From NCBI RefSeq assembly GCF_009914755.1, contig NC_060936.1: a DNA stretch of 64,000 nucleotides. One strand, written 5' to 3'. The stretch's first letter is position 1, and each line of letters begins with the position of its first letter. The notes under the pieces were generated by a model. The model saw only the letters and a program-made list of their open reading frames with translations, was not told the origin of the DNA and ran no database searches. The position numbers and the translations under genes are program-made. The stretch comes from the human T2T-CHM13v2.0 reference genome, Homo sapiens. This document shows positions 1 through 14,884 of this stretch, piece by piece.

Positions 1-600
1 ATTGACAAGGATAGGGAAAGGCATTGATGCATTAATGTGCAGTGCTGTGATAGCAACTAAACTCTGGATCATGATTGTGTAGTGGCTTCTCAACTGTGTT
101 GTGCAACTTTTTTCCACAGTAGTCAAAATTGGAGAAAACGAACTGTAGCTGTACATCAGAGTTGGGTGTTTGCTGGGGATGTGTAAGACAAATATAGGGT
201 ATACAGAAATGTATGTGGTGTTGATGAAAAGGCTGATAAGGAAGCAGGAGCTTCTCGCCAAATAGGAGGGAACAGAATTTAGGAGGTGGCTTATAGATGG
301 GGAGAAAGTTGGGGAGGAGAGCAGCTTAAAGAACTGAAGGGCTCAGAGGGCAAGTATAATAGGACCTAGATGTAGAAAGATAGGATTCCATACAGTGGAA
401 TATTATTTGTTCATTTATTTGTATAGCCTTTTTTTTTAAAATCCACTGGACAAATAACTTAAGACATACTGTGTGCCAGGTACTATGCCATGAGGACATA
501 GTGGTAAAGAAGATCAATCTGGTCTCTACTGTGCTACAGTTTATAGACAGGTGTAGCACACATATAGTAGACAAAAAGTATACATATCTTTGGGTCTCAG

Positions 601-921
601 TGTTATAGACCACAGGCTTTTAGGCTCCCGTGTAATAGAAATTTACATAAGGCCAAGTAGATTAGCCAGACAAGGCTTTATTTTGCGGCTTGTGCTCAAG
701 CTCAAGGGAGACAGTGGAGGTAAAAGAATTCTCTGTCTGGCTCCCTGAAAAGAGCCCGTAGGGATTTTTTATTAGGCAATGTGCAGGAACTGACATCAGG
801 GGGAGGGTGTGCAGGCTGGGCTGGGTAGAGCATGTGAGGGCTGGGGTATGCAGGACAGCATATCTAGTTGTGATGGTTTGAGGTAATGGGCCACCTAGTG
901 GTCTGGCTGGGGGCAACAAGG
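601..921 (-). mobile_element. Partial ERV LTR (LTR47/MER72-like), truncated by an AT-rich repeat
   Basis: Starts with TGTTA (CA terminus on the minus strand) and has TTTATT polyA-signal motifs; resembles the recalled LTR47-type consensus. Subfamily uncertain. Confidence 0.5.
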
Positions 922-987
922 CTATATTATATATTATTATATATTATATATTATATTATATATTTATTATATTTAATATATATATTA
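922..987. repeat. (TATAT)n AT-rich simple repeat
   Basis: Visible directly. Confidence 0.9.
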
Positions 988-989
988 GC

Positions 990-1335
990 TAATCCTAAGG
1001 CTTAGTTAAATTGCTCTTCATAACTCTGGCTAGGGTAATTGCTTCAGGACCCAAATGAGCCCGAATAGAATGAATCTCATAATTTTCTCTAGAAGTGCTA
1101 GGGCAAAAGCGTTATCTTTTCATCCATGGACAACAATGAAGAAGCAGCCCTCAGGTTGTTATGGTCATCTTGGGACAACAAAGGGTGTGTGCATGTGTCT
1201 TGGGGGAGAAAGTAGTGGGAGCCTGCTAGGATAAGACGCCACACTGAGGAAATGGAGCTGGGAAATAGAGATTAATCAAGTCTTGATAATATTATCTGAG
1301 TGCTGGATCAGGCTTTGCTTGAAGTCATTCTATGC
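990..1335 (+). mobile_element. Old MLT1 (MaLR) LTR fragment
   Basis: Degenerate MLT1-type motifs (gtcttgataatattatctgagtgctggatcaggc). Confidence 0.5.
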
Positions 1336-1370
1336 CTTTAGTTAAACTAGTTCTACAAAAATTTTGTTTA

Positions 1371-1728
<358 letters not shown>

Positions 1729-2449
1729 GAAAATGTGAGAAGGAAGCCAATAAAGAATCCTTATAATTTAATCTAGTTTAAATTTAGTTTTTGTTTTCGC
1801 TTTTGTTATTTGCAACAGGAATATTACTGGTATGTGGAATGCCTGCTATGCTGATTTTTTGACTATTATATCTTTTGACTCCAACAAACCAAATATACTC
1901 CTTTAAGTAGCTGCAGATTCTATTTGTTTCTTGTATATATGGGTGGGCCAAATCATATATAGGTTGGCCAAATCATATATAGGTTTTAGAGCAGAAGACT
2001 TAATGGACAGTAGTGTTAATTTCAGTTTGGAGTCCTCTTGAGGAATGAATCCCTTCATTTGTCCTTTTATATTTCCTAGTCAGGGTCTTATGTGTAATGC
2101 CATACTTTTTCCTCTAAATTAAATCTTACTCTGAGTTTTTGCTTACCAAGGTAAGCAGAGAGTACAATATTAATAATATTTCACATCACCTTTTCTATCA
2201 CTAAGGTTTTATAGGAGTTCCAGGGCTACAGTTACTGAAAAGACTCCTTTAGCTTGTTTTTACTTCTGCATCCCTTCTCCTACTGCCACTTCAGTAATGG
2301 TCTTCTACCACTTTGGCACAATGACTCAGACTAAGGTGCCTGGGATCTACTCAGGTCATTGTGCACCTAATAGAGGTGGGTGGCTGCCCTAACTGGCACC
2401 ATTCCCCTGGGACTAGCTTAGTTTGATAACTCAGACTTCCAAAGCCATG

Positions 2450-2790
2450 TGTATTAGTCTGTTCTCATTCTGCTAATAAAGATATACCTAAGACTGGGTA
2501 ATTTATAAAGGAAAGAGATTTAATCGACTCTTAATTCCACATGGCTGGGAAGGCCTCACAATCATGGCAGAAGGCAAAGGAGGAGCAAAATCACATCTTG
2601 CATGGCAGCAGGCAAGAGAGAGCTTGTGTAGAGGAACTCCCATTAATAAAACCGTCAGCTCTCATGAGACTTATTCACTACCACAAGAACAGCACAGGAA
2701 AGATTCGCCTCCATGATTCAGTTACCTCTCACCAGGACCCTCCTACAACACTTGGGAATTATTACAATTCAAGGTGAGATTTGGGTATCA
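2450..2790 (-). mobile_element. THE1 (MaLR) solo LTR
   Basis: tgtattagtctgttctcattctgctaataaag...ctgggtaatttataaaggaaagag...gagatttgggt is the reverse complement of the THE1 consensus. Confidence 0.92.
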
Positions 2791-3240
2791 ACATGACCCT
2801 TGATACCTTGGCCTTGACCAACATTCATGTAGTCATCCCCAAATGAGGCTCTGCCACCTTGGAGACCTAAATGCTTGTATTCTTTATGAACCCAGAAGCC
2901 CTCGGTCTATCTGATCCCTGCTTTAACAACCTTCCAGAGGTAGGGCTCCCCACATCTCCTACCTAGAAACACAAACACTTCTCCTTCTCCTCTGAGACTC
3001 TTTAGTGTATTTCTTTGCACAGGCTCCATGTGAAAATCACTCCTAAAGAAAAGGGACCTAGAACTCTCAATTTAAAAAGTCTAGCAGTGAGGTAGAAAGG
3101 AAATTCTTCTTTCCATTCTTTTGGTGAAGAGAACACAGCAGCAAAAAGGCCAAGAAACCAAGTAGTTTCTCCATAATTCTCCCTGTCACAGTTGTCTACC
3201 TCTATTTTCCACAACATATGTTTGCTCATTTTATATACAC

Positions 3241-3636
<396 letters not shown>

Positions 3637-4879
3637 TGAAGTTCTAGGCCATTTCACCTGACTTTAGCCAACATTCATAATCATCAATCCCTGTGCCCTC
3701 CCACCCTCTCCTTCACATATACAGGTTTGTGTCCCACTTTAATGCTTTTGATTGTTCTAAGCTGTATTTTCTAATTTCTTTGACTGTATTGAAGGTAACA
3801 GTCTATATACTCCAAGATGGATCTTATTAATAACATAAATACACACTCAGATTTACAAATATTCATATATCTGTGATTAAAATAGTCATGTTTTTGGCCA
3901 TGTCAGAAATGTATCCCTCTTAGTGATGTTTTCACTTCTGTTGGCCTGTAAGGATTGTTGTCACTTGGTTGTCTCCTGAAACTCCTCTAAAAGAAAGTCA
4001 TAAAATTCTGAATTCTGGGACCTATAGACCTGTAGGAAAAGTGGCACATAATTTATTTTCCAAACCAGCATACCTAAGAAAGGAAGGGGTTACTATTAAT
4101 AATTATGCCAGGACAACAATTATAAACCACTACTGTCCCAGGGAAACCACATATATAGTCACCCTAAAGGGCAGAGACAGTGTATTTCCATCTGACATCC
4201 TCAGGCAGTTCCAAGGTTCTTGGTCTGATTACATTGCATGGGAGAAGTCCTTCATGAGAACAGTAAGCTGAGGGCAGTCTATGTGTATATGTTTCTAACA
4301 TTCGAGGGTTACTTACAGAGTTAACCTTTAAGTAGCTTATGGGAAATTTTTATAGTACAATTTGACTGAACACTTGGGTCATACTAGTTCTGGACTTAAT
4401 ATTTTGCAGCACTTTTATTGTTCTCTTCAAATGAATTTCAAGTCATGTTAACCTGCCATTTTGTTCTAATGACACTAATGGCTGAAATTAGTGGCAGACG
4501 ATGAGCTTGGCAGTGACAGCATAAATGGTACTGCCACATCTCTCTTTTTGCTAACTTTGTATTATTTCCACCTGTGTACAGTTAGTCCACAATGTTTTAT
4601 TTGCAAAGCACTGTTAAATCACCAGCATTATTATTTGACTCTTAACATACATTTGCTAGTGAATGTGTTTGACATATGCTTATGTTAAGAAAGAAATTTA
4701 CATTTAAATCTTAAAGGAACTCTAATTGCCGGTCTTTGAAGTGCTTCATTATCAACTGCTGAATTAAATAAATAGGTCTTGGTCTAAAGCTGAAAGGACT
4801 TGCAGCAAAGGGACCCCTGAACAAAGAGAGCCCATGAGTCCAAAGTAAGGTCACAATTCCATTAAATACTCAGATGATA

Positions 4880-4990
4880 ATTGACTTCAAGCACTGTCCT
4901 GCATTGCTTACAGTTGAATCTCCAGCACCTAGAACTGTGTCTGGCATGTAATAGGCACACATTAAATATTTGTTCAATGAATGAATAAAT
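4880..4990 (+). mobile_element. L2 3' end fragment
   Basis: ccagcacctagaactgtgtctggcatgtaataggcac...aaatatttgttcaatgaatgaat. Confidence 0.8.
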
Positions 4991-5589
4991 ATTCTTTATA
5001 GTGTAAAATATTTGTAGCATGTGGTTTTACTCTCAAGCATTCTGTGGTTAATATATTTTTTTAATATTCTTGTCAGTATGTTGTGTGGAGGCTTGAAAAT
5101 CCCTGGTTTTTCATAATTATTGATTAAATTAATCAGCAGTTTCTATGATCTTATAATTTGTGGGGGCTAGTATCATTTGTTTTAGTAGAACGTTTTCCAC
5201 TTTCTTCTTTTAGTTATACAGTCACATTCTCCCTGACTTTCAGTTTTAACCTTTGCTTCTCTTGGATAGGCCAAGAATCCATGGCATGATGTAACCAAAT
5301 CTCCTCCCCGCTCTTTTTTTTTTACTCTTCATCTCAAGTTTTAGCTAGGATAATGTTTCTGTTAGCCTAGTTTCCAAATGAAATCTAAAGTACTGTTTTC
5401 ATAAAGGTGAGATATAAGGAAAAGTTCAATAGTTAAATCTTAAAAGATTATTTCTTCCTATGCTCAGTGAGATATATGAGAGATACTGTTTGTCGCTAGA
5501 GAGATAATTTCCAGATAGAAATACATACATATATTTCATAACTGACATATCATTAAAAAAGGGAATATTTTCTAATGTAAGAAATTTTA

Positions 5590-5901
<312 letters not shown>

Positions 5902-6905
5902 ATTGTAAGATTCAGGTCTACTCTACTCTATTTTAATTGTAGTTCCTATATGCACATCATCTCCATTATTATTCTTAGGAAAGGAGGTAAGTATAATAGA
6001 CACGGTTTATCTTGGGAGAAGCCAGGGTGACCTATGCTCACTTCTTTCTTACTCCCAAGGTTTTTTACCTTCCTCATCTTTCAGGGTACTGGTGCCATCA
6101 TTTCTCTTTACCATAAATCAAAACATTTCTCTGATCGAATTCTGATATTAGTAATTTTTACTTTAGTGTTCATCTTAATATATGTTTCTTCCTTAAAGTG
6201 TTTGCATCTTAACATTCTCTCTAACTTTAGCATTTGTCTTCATAAATGGAATTTTATCATCAGGGTGAAAATTATGTTTTGCCAGGAGCCACACCAAGCT
6301 TCATTAACACATACATTGTCACCTCTCATATGCACTTGTGTTTGTACTTGTACAGGGGCATGTTTGTTAAGAGTGAGGCTAAGCTGCATGTTTTATAACA
6401 GAGACTTAATTTTTTCTTTCAAGTTTTCATGTACCTTAAACAATTAGACCTTGTAAGTAAGGTTGGCCTTGGTTTTATCATCTGGCCAGTATTGGGAATG
6501 GATCTATAGAAGCAAAGGGAAACGATATAGGATTCATGCAACTTCTTTACTGTTCGCTATGAACCAAAAACATATTTGTAAAATAAAAAATAGCAGGTAA
6601 GTAGGGCTGTAATTCATCTTGTTTTCATGCTAGCATGATGAACTATCTCTGAACACTAGATTCTTGGATTAGTAGTATTTACTCTAGGATGAAATGTGAT
6701 ATGAGGATCGTCTTCGACTTTATTTATGATCACTTATTTACAAAACAGCAAAAAGAACATTATATTGTGGCTTCACTCATAAGGCAGTCTTATGGCAAAG
6801 ACTTCAGAATATAGTGAGACATTAAAAGATTCATTAAAATAAAGCAAAGATCCATGAATTTTGAGTTACAGTGTACATTAATTTTTAATAATATTTGTAT
6901 TTCAG

Positions 6906-7038
6906 GTCAGTTGCTCCGATTAAAAATGTTTCGAGAAGATCATGGGTCGTGGATGACAATGTTCTTCAGCACAATTCTCTTTCTCTTCATATTTTCTCAC
7001 ATATACAACACGATTCTTCTAATGGATGGGAACATGGG
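6906..7038 (+). CDS. TMEM117: Internal coding exon (133 bp, phase 1 to phase 2) of transmembrane protein 117, probably exon 3
   Basis: Acceptor tatttgtatttcAG ends at 6905; donor GTaggt starts at 7039. The translation GQLLRLKMFREDHGSWMTMFFSTILFLFIFSHIYNTILLMDGNMG (inside ORF 6854..7042) has a hydrophobic TM segment and matches the recalled TMEM117 sequence ...HQRLFGQLLRLKMFREDHGSW...DGNMGAYII. Confidence 0.92.
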
Positions 7039-7515
7039 GTAGGTTATCTTTCCCCTTTCTACTGTGGTGAGTGTTATGTTTGAAACTTGTAAGAATTTAA
7101 GAGTTTTTTAGCTTGTAGTAGTCTAAGTCTGCTTTACAAATATTCTACCCTAAGAAGAAGGAGTATTTTATGTATTTTTCTTACCTAAGACATTAACATT
7201 TTTTTTTTCCAGGAAGCATATAGTACATTACAATATTTAGATTTTGTTCTTTATCCTTTAGGACTTTTATATAGGGTGGTGGGAGGGCAGGTACTAATTT
7301 CATTATACTGACAAGGGGGTATGAGAATCAGGAAATCTTATTGATTTGCATATATTCAAATGATTCATAGAGTGGGGCTAAGATGAAGGTTTCCAGGTTT
7401 GCAATTTCATTGGTCTGCAATGCCTGGCTAAATAAAAGTGGTACAGGAGGCATTTTCTTTAACTCTCTTGACAGTCCTGAGAGAGAGAGACCTTTGTTAT
7501 AAATAGGTTGTTTTA

Positions 7516-7875
<360 letters not shown>

Positions 7876-8040
7876 CTAGCTTGTGATATATACTTATCAA
7901 ATCACTAAGACATGAAATATGTGCCAACAAGTAGTTGTATAATTTTTCTAACTTTCTTCACTTCTTTCTTTCATTATATAATGAAACACAAGGATTGGTC
8001 TTTCAGTATAATTTCCTCTTGGTTTGTTCTCAGTAAGTTT

Positions 8041-8334
8041 ATTTGAGAAGGAATCTCGCTGTTGTCAGCCAGGGCTGGAGTGCAGTGACGCGATCTCGGC
8101 TCACTCACTGCAACCTCTGCCTCCCGGGTTCCAGCAATTCTCCTTCCTCAGCCTCCCTAGTAGCTGAGATTATAGGCGCCTGCCACCACACCTGGCTAAT
8201 TTTTGTTATTTTTTAGTAGAGGTGGGATTTCACCATGTTGGTTCGTCTGGTCTCGAATTCCTGACCTCAGGTGATCCACCCGCTTTGGCCTCCCAAAGTG
8301 CTGGGATTACAGGCTTGAGCCACTGCATCTGGCC
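8041..8334 (-). mobile_element. AluSx-like, almost no A tail
   Basis: TSD tg(t/c)tctcagtaagttt at 8025-8040 and 8335-8350. Confidence 0.96.
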
Positions 8335-9254
8335 TGCTCTCAGTAAGTTTTAAGGCCGGAATGTAAGGAGATTGGCTTAGTATTAAAATTAGATTTGTGA
8401 CAATAATAAACCACTTTAGGTATTTGTTGTGTGTTGAAATAGTTACTGAGAAAGATTTTGATCTATTTTCCCCAATAGATCAGAAAGTTAGGTAATATCC
8501 TTTTCTTCTAAATGTAGGCTAGGCAGGATTATTGTCCAGTTCCATGGGAAACATGGAACTGTTTTGATGTTACGTATAGATTTTGGCTACCATTGTTCAG
8601 TACTGAGAGGGAAGCTCATTTAGAATTTCATTGTTTTTCCCTCACCACTAAAGGAGATGAATAGCAAAGGGAAAAATACATTTCACATGTTTTATATTTT
8701 AGTTTATACTAACAAGTGATAAATTCACGAATGTGATTTTAGATAAAATGTTCAGGCTTTAGAAAGTTATTAAAATACTTTGTAATTATTTCTTGGACTT
8801 AGAATGATAGTTTTAATACCAGGTCTGTTTTGAAGGCTGTAACCTATGGCTAGTCAGAATATGTCTCAGCCTTGGAGCAGTGCCTGTAATACTAGAATGG
8901 GTAATGATTGGAGTTAGCTAACACAGCCAAAGGTTTCTCTGTGAGTTGTTTTTGAACTCAAAGCACTGAGAGCAGAAGGAGAAGGAACCTCTGTGAAAAC
9001 TACATTTTAAAAGCAATTGCTGGAAATAATACATGATATAATATATAAAATATATCTTCTGCTCAGAAGCTGACTTTTGATATAATTCTGTTTTTTTTTT
9101 TTTGTTTTTTTTTTTTAATCTAGAGCTAATGAGGTCTGTGCTAACTGGAAATGCTTATTCTGAGGAAGGGAGCAGATTTGAAAGCAATAAATTAAATGCA
9201 ATAAGTAATTCCTTGTACTCTGTAAAGCACTCAATAGCTGGAAATAAAATGAGA

Positions 9255-9375
9255 GTTAATAGTTGTTGAACATTTACACCAGGCATGAATTATCTCAATT
9301 AAATCTCGCAGTGACTCCATGGAATAGGAGTTATTACCTCCATTTTGCAGATCAAGAAACTGAGGACTAGAGACA
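9255..9375 (-). mobile_element. MIR fragment
   Basis: MIR core ttattacctccattttgcagatcaagaaactgagg. Confidence 0.75.
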
Positions 9376-9761
9376 TTTTGCCACTTTGTTGTTTAAAGGA
9401 GAACACAGGTCCGATTGATGGTTGACCCTGTTACTCATTCACCATATCCTATTAGCCTTTCTCTGTGTTTTATTATTCAAGCTGAATTTGACAATGAAAG
9501 AAGCAGGAGATATGCTTAGGAAATAAGAGAATAGTTAGCCTAGAATTTATGTGTAGCCTAACTAAAATTGAAAGTGGTCTTTTTTATTCTCAGACTAAAT
9601 ACAATCTTGCAGATTTTTAGGTAACTGTTGAACTCTTCACCATTATGCCTCATCTTCATAGGAAAAGCATCGTTTACTGAGAGGATATATTAAAGGTGCC
9701 ACATTTTAGAAAAATTCAAAGCAAGGGACAAATGGTTTAGTTCTGCAGAAAAAATAAATCA

Positions 9762-10068
<307 letters not shown>

Positions 10069-10959
10069 AATTAAATCACCATTTATAAAAGATGTATAAT
10101 TAACTTTTATGACACATCATTTGATCAAGTGAGCACATTGAAATAGGAGTGTAAACTTGGAGGAAAATCAGTTCTTAGAGCAAGTGGATACAACTGTGCT
10201 ATTGGGGTTGTCCTAGAAGACACCATGTTTTCTGAGGTATTGCTTCATCCCATGTAGCACAGGGAATGATGGAGCCAGAGAGTGCAGAAAGGACAGTGAG
10301 CACACAGACATCACAAGTAACTGGTTTTATGTCAGAAGATTCTTGGTAGTAGAGAGGAATTCAGGATTCTTTACACTGAATCTCATTTGCATTACACTGA
10401 ATTTGTGGGGAGTCCAATGTGTCTTTGTTTATAGGTCTCTCTAGGAATACGGGCCTAGAATTATTTCCAAAACAGTTTCAAGAATATCCTATGATGGCTA
10501 GATCTGTGTTAATGTATTTTAGGATTCCTTTCCAAACTGGAGGAGTTCAGGACTAGAATGAATGGTGAGTGGCTGTAGGGTTTCCAAGGGGAAGAAGGAG
10601 TTTTCTTAGACTGGTCTGCATTTTGTGTGCATGTATGCCAATTTTAGGAATGGTATAAATTTAATCTAAACTGGGGTCTCATGATCTCTTACTATAGAGA
10701 AAAGAATCCCTAGGTTTATCTAGACCGGAACCTCAAGAGTTTTTAGCCCAGAGTTGCCTGGCTCCTGTTCTTCTCATTACAGTGGATTCCCTGAAGTATG
10801 CACTAACTCTTATGGCTTTAGACATCTCTGGGGAGCCAAGCTGAAAGGCAGTCAGATGGAGAGGGAAAGAGGTAAGTTAGTTGGTTGAGCTAAAAAGGAT
10901 CAAGGCTCAGACAATCCATATTTGTAGCACCACGAGGAAAAACCTTGTCTCAAATTTGA

Positions 10960-11281
<322 letters not shown>

Positions 11282-11785
11282 AACCTCCTTTATTCTTTAA
11301 GTCACCAAGATGTAACTAAACTCATCATTTTATAAATGTTGAGGGTTCTGCTGAGGAGAAGGTGCTGATTCTGGGCATAGTTTTGCATGTAGCCATTTTA
11401 TGAGTAACTTCTTTTTTTTTACAAGGTGGCAGACTAGGTAACCTGAAGCCTTGCCTACTACAAAATCTTTAGAACAGCTGGAGGAGATAATGCAGCTTGG
11501 TATACTCCTTTAAAATGCATAGCTGAGTTTACCCAAAGGTCAGGAAAAATCCCAGAGGACAAAAATGCAGAAGGATCTGAAAACTCGGGCGGTAAGACTA
11601 ACAACTGATTGATACTGAGATGCTCAGTGGAGGTGACTTAGGCACTTGAATTTTAACCCTTATGTAGGGACCAGAAACAAGGATTTGGCTCATATTAATT
11701 GAAAAATTGAAAATAGAAATTTCCACACAGATGATCCCGCAATGGGCTACAGTGGGAGGGGGAGGTGAAATGGAAAACATGTAAC

Positions 11786-12478
11786 TGTTAGCAGCACTGA
11801 ATCCATCGGATCTGCAGCAAACTGGATTTTTGCCTTGTTAGAGGAAAGAATTCAGCTAAGGGACATAAGGCAGAGTGAGAGACTGAGACAAGTTTCAGAG
11901 CAAGAGTGAGAGTTTATTAAAAATTCTAGAGCAAGAATGAAAGGAAGTACAGTACACTTGGAAGAGGGCCAAGCGGACAACTTGAGAGATCCAAGTGCCC
12001 CATCTAACCTTTGACTTGGGTTTTTATACATTGGAATGGTTCTGAGGTTTGCATTTCTTCTCCGCTGATTCTTCCCTTGGAGTGGACTGTTTGCATGCTC
12101 AGTAGCCTGCCAGCACTTGGGAGGTGCTGCATGTGCAGTGTGTTTACTGAAGTTGTGTGCATACTCATTCAAGGCATTTTTCCCTTAGCAGTCAAGTGTT
12201 CCCAGAGGAAGGTCATATACTAGTTAAACTCCGCCATTTTGTCAGTTACTGCACATGCTTGAGCCCACTAGCCCAACTTCTGAGATCTTGTCGGGAAGCT
12301 GCTGATCACCAAGAGTTTGCTATCTGTTGGGAGACTGCCTTTCCCTGGCACTGGCTGCGACCAATTATTATTTTGGAGAGACTGTTTAATGACTGCCTAT
12401 CACCTGATGGTAGCCTGACATTCCTGAGGAGGGCCCTCTCCTGCCCTGCTCATGTCTGCCTAGCTACCTACTCCAACA
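11786..12478 (-). mobile_element. MER50 solo LTR (ERV1)
   Basis: TGTT...AACA termini; the minus strand starts tgttggagtaggtagctaggcagacatgagcagggcaggagagggccc as in the recalled MER50 consensus; near-TSD taac/aaac. Confidence 0.85.
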
Positions 12479-12856
12479 AAACCACTTAGCACAGGCAAGC
12501 ATCAAGGAAGCTTGTACTTAAACTGGGCTCTGGGGGAAAAATATCTCCCGGGGAACTGCTACCATAGGTGCAGTTTTGTGATTTTAATATACAGTTTCCT
12601 TTGGATTTTAGAACCTCAAAACATCCCCAGCTATTCTCTTCTCCCAGTTTCAGGTTCTTACTTTTCTCTGGACACCCCTCCCCAAATAACTTGAATTCCT
12701 GTTTTATTATGTAGAGCAATTTAGTTTCCTTTTGCCTCAACTTCTATCCACTTTGATTTATCAAGGGCTTTTCTTTTAGTGAAAAAAATCATATTGATGC
12801 ATTTTCCAATCAAAGGAACCAATACTCTGATTTGCTGCTTTCTCAGAATATGAAAG

Positions 12857-13260
12857 TGTTGACCTAAAAGGAAGAAACTGAGGCAAAATTAATATAAGTA
12901 GAGTTTGTTTAGGCCAATCTTGAGGACTGCAACCCAGGATCATAGATTCAAATGGCCCTGAATATATGCTTCAATTAACAGCAGTTATAAGTGTTTTGTT
13001 AAAGGAAAAGAAGAGGCAGATTTTGAGCTGTTCACCAAGAATTTACATTAAAATAACACAAGCTGTTGATTGGCTATACAGCTGGTCAGGAACAAAATGA
13101 CTTTAAACAATTGCCCCCAGGCATGGGTGATGGGTGTGGTGGAGGCTGGGGGTGGGGTCTTGTGGGGTTGGGGGCAATGACTGAAGTTTCATACTCATGT
13201 CTTTCTGGGCCTGAGTACCTCACATAGCTCAGACTGCTCTGAACTATTTTTTTTTTCTCA
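12857..13260 (-). mobile_element. MER83-like solo LTR (ERV1)
   Basis: The minus strand starts tgagaaaa...atagttcagagcagtctgagctatgtgaggtac and ends ...taggtcaaca. Confidence 0.7.
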
Positions 13261-13279
13261 AAAAAAAAGTGTACTTTTG

Positions 13280-13433
13280 TTAAACAGTCTCTCCAAAATA
13301 ATAATTGGTCGCAGCCAATGCCAGGGAAAGGCAGTCTCCCATTAGATAGCAAATTCCTGGTGATCACCAGCTTCCCGATAAGCTCTCAGAAGTTGGGCTA
13401 GTGGGCTCAAGCATGTGCACTAACAGACAAAAT
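13280..13433 (+). repeat. 154-bp inverted copy of 12236-12389 (internal part of MER50)
   Basis: Hand alignment: ungapped, 10 mismatches in 154 nt against the reverse complement of 12236-12389. Confidence 0.93.
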
Positions 13434-14884
13434 TTTTTTTCTCAAAAGAAATATTTTCCTCAGTATTTTGGCTTTGTTTTAGAAGTAACAATTGTCCTTA
13501 TTTTTGTAAATTCTACTATCAGTTTAATGATCTCTTGTGGAACAAAGGGAAGATGGTGGGAGGGGCCAAGATGGCCGAATAGAAACAGCTCGGGTCTGCA
13601 GCTCCCAGGGAGACCAACACAGAAGGCAGATGGTTTCTGCATTTCCAGCTGAGGTACCCAGTTCATCCTACTGGGACTGGCTAGGCAGTGGGTGCGCCCC
13701 ATGGAGAGTGAGCAGAAGCAGGGTGGGGCATTGCTTCACCCAGGAAGTGCATGGAGCCCAGAGGAGTGGGGGGACCTCCCTCCCCCAGCCAAGGGAAGTG
13801 GCGGGGGACTGTGCTACCCACCAGGGTTACTATGCTTTTCCCATGGATTTTTGCAATCCATGAATCAAGAGATTACCTTGTGAGCCTACACCACCAGGGC
13901 CCTGGGTCTCAAGCACAAAACTGGGTGGCTGTTCAGGCAGGCACTGAGCTGCAGGAGTTTTTTACATACTCCAGTGACACTTGGAACTCCAGTGAGACGC
14001 AAGCGTCCACTCCTTTGGAAAAGGGGCTTAAGCCAGGGAGCCAAGTGGTCTTGCTCAGTGGCTCCCACTCCTATAGAGCCCAGTAAGCTAAGAACCACTG
14101 GCTTGAAATCCCCATTACCAGCACAGCAGTCTCGAATCTGCCTGGGATGATCAAGTTGCCAGGGGGAGGGGAAGCGCCATTACTGTGGCTTCAGTAGGTG
14201 GTTTGGGAGGTTTGGACTGGGCAGAATTCCCCGCAGTGCAGCAAAACAGCTGTGACCAGACTGCTTCTCTAGATCCTTCCTCAGCAGGCAGGGCCTCCCT
14301 GTAGAAAGTCCACCAGCTCCAGTTAGGGGCTTACAGACTGAACTCTCATCTCCCTGGGACAGAGCACCTGTGGGGAGGGGTGGCCGTGGTCTCAGGTTCA
14401 GCGGGCTTAATCTTTCTTGCCTGCCAGCTCTGAAGAGATTGATGAGGGCTCTGATCCTGATGAGGGCGATTCCCTGAGCACAGCACACCAGCTCTGCTAA
14501 GGGACAGACTGCCTCCTCAAGAGGGTCCCTGACCCCATGCCTCCTATCTGGGTGAGACCTCCAAACAGGAGTCAGCAGACACCTGATGCAGGAGAGCTCT
14601 GGCTGACATCAGGTTGGTACCCCTCTGGGAAGAACCTTTCAGAGGAAGGAGCAGGCCGCAATCTTTGCTGTTCTGCAGCCTCCACTGGTGATAACCCAGG
14701 CGAACAGAGTCTGGAGTGGACCCCCAGCAAACTGCAGCAGACCTGCAGAAGAGGGGCCTGACTGTTAGAAGACAAACAAACAGAAAGCAACAATAACAAC
14801 AGCAACAACAACAAAAAAGACCCCACAAAAACCCCATCCAAAGGTCATCAGCCTCAAAGATCAAAGGTAGATAAATCCACAAAA

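Noticed and set aside
6034-6447. 137-aa hydrophobic ORF upstream of the exon
   Set aside because: The hydrophobicity reflects T-rich intron composition; no similarity to the recalled TMEM117 protein or to any family I recognise.
6895-7083. Second open frame across the exon as a dual-coding region
   Set aside because: Only 62 codons, and no combination of the alternative acceptor and donor restores the phase needed by the next exon.
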